DNA of 10,796 nt from Promethearchaeota archaeon (GCA_048941265.1 JBHLNT010000145.1:1-10796); one strand, 5' to 3'. Shown: positions 1-7,127, counted from the stretch's first letter. Program-made: numbers and translations. Notes: generated by a model not told the origin, from the sequence alone.

Positions 1-930
1 AGTGGTTAATAAAAATGCAAAGATAGTGAACTGGATTAAATCCCAAATTTGAGATTCTAACGGGATAAACGATAGAGCAAAGTATAATGCGAATGTAATA
101 ATTAAACCAACAATTAAATTTGTAATCTTTTGTTTTGGAGTTAAGATTGATGGATCGTATTGGATCTTTTCACATTCTACTAAATATCCTAATCCCAGTC
201 CAATCAAAGCACCACACCACAAACCATAATCTTGGTCGGTATTTGGAAAGAAAAGCATAGCAGTAAGAAACAGAATTAAAGGTATTATAATTATAATTAT
301 TGCTTTTAGTGGTAAATTCAGAGTATTTACAACTTCAGAAGTTTTAGGTTCAAGAACAATAAAGAGCGTAAGAAAAAACATCCCAAATAATAAACCTCCC
401 CATATATCTTGGATGTCGTGAACTCCAATTATAACTCTCGAAATTGCGACCAAATATGCGATACCTATAAAAATCCAAGTAAGAATTTTATTTTTTTTTC
501 TTTGATTGTAGGCAAGATATGGGTACACAGTTGCAGCAGATTGAGAGTGACCTGAAGGAAAACCATAATCAGTTGCATCTCTACTTGTCCAAGGTCTAGG
601 ATCTTGAAATATATCTTTTAATATACTGTTAGAATAAGCTCCCCCAAGTAAAAGACAGAAAGCTAAGTTTTTTGCAAACCTTTTATCATAAGCATACCAT
701 AGTGAAGTTATTATTATAATGTATATTATAATATCTCCCAGATTAGTGATTATTGAAAAAACAAAATATACTTCTTCATTGTTATAGAAGAGCTCATCAA
801 AATAAATGTTATATCCTAGCAGTAATAAGATCAGACCAACTATAAATGTAATAATAGCATTCAAAAGAATGAATATGAGCAAGTTTCTAGGCATTATTTC
901 CTCTTCTTCTGACAAGTTTTTCACTTCCAT
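1..930 (-). CDS. Membrane PAP2 (type 2 phosphatidic acid phosphatase family) phosphoesterase; 3' end lies beyond the left edge
   Basis: Not in the ORF track. Translated by hand from ATG at 930 (MEVKNLSEEEEIMPRNLLIFILL...), open for 310 codons to base 1. All three PAP2 motifs are present in order: KDIFQDPRP (KxxxxxxRP), YGFPSGH, SRVIIGVHDIQD (SRxxxxxHxxxD). Many hydrophobic helices, including a multi-TM C-terminal extension. Confidence 0.93.
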   Translation of the reverse strand, partial: MEVKNLSEEEEIMPRNLLIFILLNAIITFIVGLILLLLGYNIYFDELFYNNEEVYFVFSIITNLGDIIIYIIIITSLWYAYDKRFAKNLAFCLLLGGAYSNSILKDIFQDPRPWTSRDATDYGFPSGHSQSAATVYPYLAYNQRKKNKILTWIFIGIAYLVAISRVIIGVHDIQDIWGGLLFGMFFLTLFIVLEPKTSEVVNTLNLPLKAIIIIIIPLILFLTAMLFFPNTDQDYGLWCGALIGLGLGYLVECEKIQYDPSILTPKQKITNLIVGLIITFALYFALSFIPLESQIWDLIQFTIFAFLLTT

Positions 931-982
931 TTATTTTTCCCTAATTTCTAAATTTGAATGTTTTTTTAATACAATTTTAAAA

Positions 983-1017
983 TATATAAATATATAGTAG
1001 ATTCGAAGAACTATATA
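983..1017 (-). promoter_or_regulatory. Candidate TATA box of the PAP2 gene with an adjacent inverted repeat
   Basis: Minus-strand TTTATATA at 990..983, about 55 nt upstream of the ATG. Directly upstream is TATATAGT-N11-ACTATATA (991-998 / 1010-1017). The AT-rich context makes both weak. Confidence 0.3.
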
Positions 1018-1038
1018 AGACTTATTCATAGAATTAAT

Positions 1039-1068
1039 AAAAAAAAAAAAATGAAATTATTTCATTTT
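1039..1068 (-). terminator. Probable terminator of the first MFS gene: AT-rich inverted repeat running into T13
   Basis: Perfect 10-bp inverted repeat AAAATGAAAT-T-ATTTCATTTT (1048-1068) starting 13 nt after the stop. A13 at 1039-1051 on plus reads T13 on minus. Oligo-T tracts are the established archaeal terminator signal. Confidence 0.6.
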
Positions 1069-1081
1069 AGATTATATAACT

Positions 1082-2482
1082 TCAGAGATCTAATTCTTTT
1101 AATTTAGCTTTAATTTCCACTTTTTTCTCAGGTGTTATATCATATAATCTCCAAAAGAGTATAATGCCTATAAGCATAAGAAACATTGGCACAACTGCAA
1201 CTTGAAGTCTTAGTCCAAATACTGCTGTAGAAGATTGAGTTGCCGATCCCGGCTCAAATCCAGTTAAGATGTGAATTATTGCGAAAGTTGCAGCTTGAAT
1301 TATGATAGCTATACGCCCAAAAAAGGTTCTCACTCCCATATAAAATCCTTCCTGTCTAACTCCATTCCTTACAGCTGCTTCATCAACAACATCACTAATT
1401 ACTGGCAACATCATAACCCAGAATCCGATTGACCCAATGCCTAAAATTGCCACAGCTATAATTACCCACATTACAGTGTCTACGAATATTAAAGGAATTA
1501 TAAATATTACCATTAAGATTCCTCCTAGCATAAAGCTTTTCTTAAAATCACCTTTTTTCTGAGCAAGTTTCGACCAGAAAGGTATGGAAATAAGTCCAGT
1601 AAAAATGTAACCTAACATTATGTAGGATTCAACTATGGCTTCCTCTTTTAAAATAAATCTGACTACGTAGGGTATAGAACCCACCATAAGTAATACTGTG
1701 GCCTGATAAAACGTAAAAATGCAGAGATATGCTACGAAACTTTTTTGTTTAAGAGCTATTTTCATCATTTTAAAAAATGGGGTCTGCTCTTTTTGAGCAT
1801 CAACACTTAACATTCTGTCAATCATTTCTTGATCTTCTTTGATGCCAGGAATTAATAGCAAGAGTATTACTACACCAATTATCGATACGATTATTGACAT
1901 CGTGAAAAATGTCGAGCGAACATGGTATGTAATGAGCATAGGGGGTAAAACCGCACCTAAAACAGTACCAATAACTCCAAAAGCTACAGCAAAGGATGCC
2001 AGCTTTACACGATGCTCATCGGTTCGAAATTTGTCTGGTATCAAGCCGTTATAATTTACATCATATATGGAAAAAAAAGTATCATAGATACAAATTGTAA
2101 TTAAAAGCCAAAAAAATAAAAATAGCACATTGGCATTTGGATCCACGTTCGGTACAGCAAAAAGCAATACAAAGGACATAGTCCAGAAAAATCCTCCAAA
2201 AATAATCCATAGATACCGTTTTCCATATTTCTTCCAAAATTTCCTTGGTTTATCAGCTAAATAACCAGCGAGTGGATCATTAAACATATTATAGACTGCG
2301 TAGATTATAAATGCGATAGCAATAACTCCTGATGCAAGACCAATTTCATTCTCATAGAAATCAAAGATTCGGGTACCAAAAACCGCAAGCAAAAATTCAA
2401 TTAACATTTGTCCTAATCCTACAGAAGCAAAAATTTTCAATGAAATATCTTTAGATTCGACTCTTTCTTGATTTTCATTCAT
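1082..2482 (-). CDS. MFS transporter, glycoside-pentoside-hexuronide (GPH)/MelB-like cation symporter family
   Basis: 466 aa, about 12 hydrophobic helices. Helix II NMFNDPLAGYLAD followed by KYGKRYLWI. Also SDVVDE...GVRQEGFYMG and the C-terminal YDITPEK...IKAKL, all typical of GPH/MFS_2 proteins. Confidence 0.92.
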   Translation of the reverse strand: MNENQERVESKDISLKIFASVGLGQMLIEFLLAVFGTRIFDFYENEIGLASGVIAIAFIIYAVYNMFNDPLAGYLADKPRKFWKKYGKRYLWIIFGGFFWTMSFVLLFAVPNVDPNANVLFLFFWLLITICIYDTFFSIYDVNYNGLIPDKFRTDEHRVKLASFAVAFGVIGTVLGAVLPPMLITYHVRSTFFTMSIIVSIIGVVILLLLIPGIKEDQEMIDRMLSVDAQKEQTPFFKMMKIALKQKSFVAYLCIFTFYQATVLLMVGSIPYVVRFILKEEAIVESYIMLGYIFTGLISIPFWSKLAQKKGDFKKSFMLGGILMVIFIIPLIFVDTVMWVIIAVAILGIGSIGFWVMMLPVISDVVDEAAVRNGVRQEGFYMGVRTFFGRIAIIIQAATFAIIHILTGFEPGSATQSSTAVFGLRLQVAVVPMFLMLIGIILFWRLYDITPEKKVEIKAKLKELDL

Positions 2483-2510
2483 TTTTTTCTTACTTTTTCA
2501 TGAATTTGTT

Positions 2511-2571
2511 TTTATAAACTGTAATGATTGAAGTTACTTAAACTAAGTAATATAAAACTGTTATGATTAAA
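2511..2571 (-). promoter_or_regulatory. Tandem duplicated TATA-containing promoter with a central palindrome, upstream of the first MFS gene
   Basis: Direct repeat AAACTGTAATGATTGAA (2516-2532) / AAACTGTTATGATTAAA (2555-2571), 15/17 identical and 39 bp apart. On minus each copy runs into a TATA-like element (TTTATAAA 2518..2511; TTTATATT 2556..2549). Between them is TTACTTA-AAC-TAAGTAA (2534-2550). Confidence 0.55.
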
Positions 2572-2585
2572 AAATAAAAAAAAAA
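2569..2585 (-). terminator. Oligo-T terminator of the creatininase-family gene
   Basis: A10 (2576-2585) and A6 (2569-2574) on plus, i.e. T10-A-T6 on minus, starting 11 nt after the stop at 2597. Confidence 0.55.
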
Positions 2586-2596
2586 GTGTTCGCTTT

Positions 2597-3517
2597 TTAT
2601 TCGTTTAGAATTATTTCTGAATAGTATTCTACTAATAGGTTAATTACAAGTACTCCTAATTCCTTTACCGGCTTAATTTTTCCACCATCGAGTTTTCTAA
2701 GAGTTTTAAAACAGTTCCAAAGTCCATGTTCATCATTATCTTTTGTACCAATAGCCTCGACATATTTTCCCCCTGCCATTAAAAATCCACCTAAACCTCC
2801 AATAGGAGGCCATTTCTGAAGAGCGGCCTCGAAATCTCTCTCTAAATCTTCATTCATGATTTTTAATTTTTCCTCATCTAAGATACCCAAAGCTGCAGCT
2901 ACTGAATGCTCAAAGTGGCCGGCATGTCCCGCACTGGTCAGTATTTTGATTAGGGTCCTTTTAATTTTTCTAGCATCTACCTTTTCTGTAGAAAGTTTTA
3001 TGCTAAGTTCTTCCAATTCTTTCAAAATTCTATCCATATTTTCATCTGCAAGATTTTCTGAGGGGGCCATTATTAATTTTTCTAAATTTAGTTCTTTTTT
3101 AATTTCTTCAGCATAGGCATGAAGCGGATTATTTCCACCATGACCCGAAAGAATTAAAATTTTCGATGCAGGTAAACCCATATCTTTATATATATCCATA
3201 TGATATTTTAAAAATTTTTTAATATTATCGACACAATCCTTTACAGGAATAATTCTGGGTGCCCAATCTCTTGCTACTGATACAAAATTATCAGTTGCCC
3301 ATGGTATATGAGCGACATAACGAGCTCCTGATTTGCATGCTATGAGATGGGCTGTTCTTTGTGCGAAAAGATCATCCATTATTCTTGGTAAAGCGTATCC
3401 ATGACCTTCTTCAGGATTTCCTATTGAAAAAGTTAACCATTTTCCCTCATTTTCACCAAAAGGACCCCAATCGTCCATTTTACCCTTTAAAGAAATTTCG
3501 TTATTTTTTTGAGCCAT
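2597..3517 (-). CDS. Creatininase-superfamily metallo-amidohydrolase, ArfB (formamidopyrimidine deformylase)-like
   Basis: 306 aa with the binuclear-metal signature E37-x-H39-G-x-x-LP-x3-D48, SGH126GGN and H198AGxxE203. The segments SGARY and KWPPIGGLGG resemble, from memory, methanogen ArfB more than creatininase proper. Specific function not established. Confidence 0.8.
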   Translation of the reverse strand: MAQKNNEISLKGKMDDWGPFGENEGKWLTFSIGNPEEGHGYALPRIMDDLFAQRTAHLIACKSGARYVAHIPWATDNFVSVARDWAPRIIPVKDCVDNIKKFLKYHMDIYKDMGLPASKILILSGHGGNNPLHAYAEEIKKELNLEKLIMAPSENLADENMDRILKELEELSIKLSTEKVDARKIKRTLIKILTSAGHAGHFEHSVAAALGILDEEKLKIMNEDLERDFEAALQKWPPIGGLGGFLMAGGKYVEAIGTKDNDEHGLWNCFKTLRKLDGGKIKPVKELGVLVINLLVEYYSEIILNE

Positions 3518-3583
3518 GGCTTAATAAATTATATAATTAATAAGGAATTAACTTTTTGAAGAATAAGGAGACGATTAAAAAAA
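3518..3583. promoter_or_regulatory. 66-bp divergent promoter region plus Shine-Dalgarno-like site for the aminotransferase
   Basis: Palindrome AATTATATAATT (3527-3538) containing TTATATAA. AAGGAG at 3565-3570 lies 13 nt before ATG 3584. Minus strand reads CAAAAAG-TTAATT about 30 nt upstream of ATG 3517 (BRE/TATA-like). Confidence 0.5.
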
Positions 3584-4819
3584 ATGCCTGGACCTGGAAT
3601 GGATATTATTGGCGATGAAGAAAAGAAAGCCCTCATGGAAGTCATCGAGTCGGGTTATCTTTATCGATATGGAGATTTATCTGATCCTAAATTTAAAGCA
3701 AAAGTTTGGAATTTAGAGCAAGAGTTTGCTAAAAAAATGGGATCCAAACATGCTTTAGCAGTAAGTTCAGGAACAGCTGCGCTATTAACAGCGTTGTGGA
3801 CCTTAGGAATTGGACCTGGTGATGAAGTTATTGTTCCAGGATATACGTTCATAGCTAGTATCACTTCAATTATCTTCTCACGTGCAATCCCTGTTCTTGC
3901 GGAAGTAGATGAAACTTTAACACTTGATCCTGCTGATTTCCGAAAAAAGATTACTCCACGTACAAAAGCGATAATGCTTGTTCATATGTTAGGCAATCCA
4001 GGACATTTAGATGAAATTATTAAAATTGCTCAAGAGAATGGTATTTACTTAATTGAAGATTGTGCTCAAGCTTTGGGTGCTACTTCTAACGGAAGATATG
4101 TAGGGACATTTGGAAAAATTGGATCATTTAGCTTAAATGTTTATAAAACAATAACCGCCGGTGATGGTGGGATGATTATTACCGATGATGATGAGCTTTA
4201 TAAAAGAGCTTTTGCGATTCATGATCAAGGGCATCTACCGTTAAGGCAAGGTGTTGAGCAAGGAAAAAGAACCGTATTAGGTATAAATTTTAGAATGAAT
4301 GAATTAACCGCTGCAGTGGCACAAGCCCAGATTAAAAAGCTTGATTATATAAAAAATACTCTGCAAAAGAATAAAAAGCAACTTAAAACGGCTCTTTCTA
4401 AGATTAAAGAAATCAAATTTCGTAAAGTTCTCGATAAGCAAGGCGACGTGGGGACGTTGTTAACCTTTTTTATGCCGACTATTGAGAGTGCTGAAAAATT
4501 AGCGGACAAAATAGGATGCACTACTGTTGCTAAATCTGGATGGCATGTTTACAATAATATGGAACATTTTTTGGGTCAAATGACAGTAACCAGCGAAGGT
4601 TGTCCATTCACATGCCCATATTATAAAGGTCCCGAGCCTAACTATTATAAAGGAATGCTCCCACAAACAGATGAATTACTAAATAGAGCAATTAATATAA
4701 GTGTAGGAGTCTCAGATGTCGGATTAGGGTCGGCTTATGGTATTAAAATCACTAGCAGCAAGGATGAGATTGATCAAGTTGCTCAGAATTTAATAAAGGC
4801 AATTCAAGAATGTTTATAA
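3584..4819 (+). CDS. DegT/DnrJ/EryC1/StrS-family PLP-dependent sugar aminotransferase, KdnA-like subgroup
   Basis: 411 aa: SSGTAAL, GIGPGDEVIVPGYTFIAS, ITPRTKAIMLVH, EDCAQA (PLP Asp159/Gln162), SLNVYK188TITAGDGG (Schiff-base Lys), GINFRMNE. The N-terminus MPG..IGDEEK..LMEVIESGYLYRY and FR.V.DKQGD recall Shewanella KdnA (from memory). Confidence 0.93.
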   Translation: MPGPGMDIIGDEEKKALMEVIESGYLYRYGDLSDPKFKAKVWNLEQEFAKKMGSKHALAVSSGTAALLTALWTLGIGPGDEVIVPGYTFIASITSIIFSRAIPVLAEVDETLTLDPADFRKKITPRTKAIMLVHMLGNPGHLDEIIKIAQENGIYLIEDCAQALGATSNGRYVGTFGKIGSFSLNVYKTITAGDGGMIITDDDELYKRAFAIHDQGHLPLRQGVEQGKRTVLGINFRMNELTAAVAQAQIKKLDYIKNTLQKNKKQLKTALSKIKEIKFRKVLDKQGDVGTLLTFFMPTIESAEKLADKIGCTTVAKSGWHVYNNMEHFLGQMTVTSEGCPFTCPYYKGPEPNYYKGMLPQTDELLNRAINISVGVSDVGLGSAYGIKITSSKDEIDQVAQNLIKAIQECL

Positions 4820-4872
4820 TTTGGTCATTATTATGATTTCTCTTTTAATTTACAAATTCTAATTTATTGTAA

Positions 4873-5409
4873 CTAGATTAATTTACTGTCTTTTAACATT
4901 CTATTGGTTATAGAATCAAATATTAAATTAACGTTTTCCCCTGTTTTGGCAGAACATTCAATAATATCATAAATTTTAAGATTGTTTGCTAAATTTTTAG
5001 CATGATCATAATCAATTTCCCTTTCATTAGCTAAATCTAATTTTCCTCCCACAGCTAATACTGGAATCTGTTTTTCTTCTTTTGTTAGATCTTTTTTAAA
5101 AATCGAGATCCAATCTGTAATCTTATTTAGACTACTTTTTCTTGTAAGGTCGTACATAAATATACCCCCTGAAGAACCACGAGCATAAACTGGTAAAAAA
5201 ATTCTGAACCTTTCCTCCCCTCCAAAATCCCAGACCTGAAGTTTAACTCGGGAGCCATTCATCTCTATATCTTTAGCCATGATATCTACTCCTAAAGTTA
5301 ATTTGGTGTCTTGTTCGAATCTATTATTTATATATCTGTATGTTAAAGATGTTTTACCTACACCCGCATCTCCGAAAATGCATACCTTAAATGAGGCACT
5401 ATATTTCAT
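4873..5409 (-). CDS. Rab-like small GTPase (Ras superfamily; Asgard eukaryotic signature protein)
   Basis: 178 aa: G1 GDAGVGKTS, G2 Thr38, G3 WDFGGE, G4 GGKLD, G5 ECSAK. RabF1-5-like motifs LGVDI, KLQVW, RFRIFL, YARGS, FMYDLT. No C-terminal hypervariable tail or prenylation cysteines. Confidence 0.95.
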   Translation of the reverse strand: MKYSASFKVCIFGDAGVGKTSLTYRYINNRFEQDTKLTLGVDIMAKDIEMNGSRVKLQVWDFGGEERFRIFLPVYARGSSGGIFMYDLTRKSSLNKITDWISIFKKDLTKEEKQIPVLAVGGKLDLANEREIDYDHAKNLANNLKIYDIIECSAKTGENVNLIFDSITNRMLKDSKLI

Positions 5410-5417
5410 AATTAGTT

Positions 5418-5480
5418 AAATATTGACTCAATATTTTTGAATAAAGATCTTTAAAATTGCACAAATATCCCTTTATTTGT
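5418..5480. repeat. Three consecutive inverted repeats upstream of the GTPase gene
   Basis: AAATATTGA-C-TCAATATTT (5418-5436), TAAAGATCTTTA (5442-5453), ACAAATA-N6-TATTTGT (5461-5480). The repeats are directly visible; a regulatory role is inferred. Confidence 0.55.
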
Positions 5481-5690
5481 AAAATATATTTATTGCATTA
5501 AGATTTAAATTTTTTCTTTTGTTGATTTGTCATGTATTGTAATATCACATTTATGAATAAACTAATTTGCATAATCTACGAAGAATATCTTTCTAATTTG
5601 ATTCTTCTGAGAAATATTAGACTAATTATATAGAATAATCCCTGTAGTTTAATCAATAAAAAATTAATTATAATATTAGATTTTTAGAAT

Positions 5691-7127
5691 TCACGATGGA
5701 ACTTCAGATTTTAAAATTCTGAATGGCACTTCTTCTAATTTAATCTTTCTGAGATATAAAAGGCTAATAAAATAAAAAATTCCCATAGAAGCCATAGTAA
5801 TCGTAATTATAATTGGACTTTCTTGATTCGGGCCTGAAAGAATGAATCCAATCATAACTGTTGAAACTGATTGGCCGAATGCCAGCATAAAAGATTGCAG
5901 ACCAAAATAAGATCCAGAAATACTTGATACTTCTTCATCGACATTTTTATCATTTTTATCTCTTGCTGCCTCATAAATTAATGCACTCGCTAATGGTGTA
6001 GTAAATAAATTCACTGCATATATAGTTCCTAACACAGTTCCAATTGTGACCACAAAAAGAACTATTTCTATTTCAAACGATAGTACTTCAACTAAAAAAA
6101 TAATTTCTAATATTGAAGCTACTGCTGCAGATATCAAACATATTGAATAGGTTTTTAATATGCCACGTTTTTTAAGAATTTTTTTCCATAAGAAGAAATG
6201 TGCATATTTTGATGAAATTGACACAGCTACATATATAAAAAATTCCGGACCCTTGAATTTGAGTACAAATGCTAAAAATGGAATTACCAAGAGTCCTAGT
6301 ATTCTTGAAGCCATTGAATTGAAAAATGAAACTCCCATGAACTTTCTGTACTTCTTATCTTTAGCTGGAACAGTCATTTGTCGAAATGTATCTATAAGTG
6401 TTAATTTTTTAAAATCATCCTTGGGTGAATTCTTATGAAATGATTCATCAACTGAAAAGAAAGCTAAGATCAGTGAGAATAACCCGAAAGACGCGAATCC
6501 CACTCCAATCATTGGCATATAAAATAGAATAACCTTGCCGGAGGGTTCCCACCATTTTACATTTACTGGATCCTCTAGTATACTTTGAATCATTAGCGGC
6601 AAAAGTAATGCTAAAATTGAAGCAGTAATCATAAAGACAGCTCTCCATGCTGCTATTTTTTCTCTATTCTCATACGTTTGAGACTGTTCGGGCATCATTG
6701 AAAGATGAGCGCTAATAATTGAAGAACCTGATATAACGTTTATTGAAAGCATTATCCAAAAATAGAGTGCTGTAGGCCAATAAAAAGAATTATTTTTTGG
6801 ACAATACCATGGTGGAATCCAAATTAGGATAGCTGAAGCCACCCAAATAGGTAAACCATATAGCAAAAAAGGACGGCGTTTTCCAAATCTTCCAGGTTTT
6901 TTATTATCTGCAATTACTCCGAAAACGATTAGTGCGATAGCATTGAGAATTAGATTTACAGATATACCTATTGATGTTAGTATTGCATCTAAGTTAACAG
7001 TATAGACATAAAACTGAAAGGCAAAGACGCTAATTAATAATCTGGTTAAAAAATACCCAAATTGTCCAAGTGAATATCCGAAAAGCCGAAACCCGTGTAA
7101 TTCACGGGGTTCTATGGTTTGATTCAT
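5691..7127 (-). CDS. MFS transporter, GPH/MelB-like family, lacking the canonical cation-site motif
   Basis: 478 aa, about 12 TM helices. FGVIADNKKPGRFGKRRPFLL, SMMPEQSQTYENREKI and SGSYFG are GPH-type segments. Helix II N-D-P is replaced by A-L-I. Confidence 0.9.
   Translation of the reverse strand: MNQTIEPRELHGFRLFGYSLGQFGYFLTRLLISVFAFQFYVYTVNLDAILTSIGISVNLILNAIALIVFGVIADNKKPGRFGKRRPFLLYGLPIWVASAILIWIPPWYCPKNNSFYWPTALYFWIMLSINVISGSSIISAHLSMMPEQSQTYENREKIAAWRAVFMITASILALLLPLMIQSILEDPVNVKWWEPSGKVILFYMPMIGVGFASFGLFSLILAFFSVDESFHKNSPKDDFKKLTLIDTFRQMTVPAKDKKYRKFMGVSFFNSMASRILGLLVIPFLAFVLKFKGPEFFIYVAVSISSKYAHFFLWKKILKKRGILKTYSICLISAAVASILEIIFLVEVLSFEIEIVLFVVTIGTVLGTIYAVNLFTTPLASALIYEAARDKNDKNVDEEVSSISGSYFGLQSFMLAFGQSVSTVMIGFILSGPNQESPIIITITMASMGIFYFISLLYLRKIKLEEVPFRILKSEVPS

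Noticed and set aside
491-499. T9 homopolymer inside the PAP2 gene as a frameshift or phase-variation site
   Set aside because: The frame is intact across it (RKKNK) and such runs are common in this AT-rich sequence.
806-997. 63-aa plus-strand ORF from the track
   Set aside because: Antisense to the 5' end and promoter of the motif-bearing PAP2 gene; no recognisable features.
1067-1084. TGA stop of the first MFS gene followed by a hairpin: possible selenocysteine recoding
   Set aside because: Read-through adds only four codons before TAA, the protein is already complete, and the hairpin is AT-only with a T-run (terminator-like, not SECIS-like).
4873-5409. Eukaryotic origin or contamination suggested by the Rab-like gene
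   Set aside because: No introns, no prenylation tail, short spacers and prokaryotic-type neighbours fit an Asgard archaeon better.
5532-5633. 33-codon intergenic ORF MYCNITFMNKLICIIYEEYLSNLILLRNIRLII
   Set aside because: No SD site, no recognisable motif, and composition simply reflects AT-rich DNA. Cannot be excluded without ribosome profiling.
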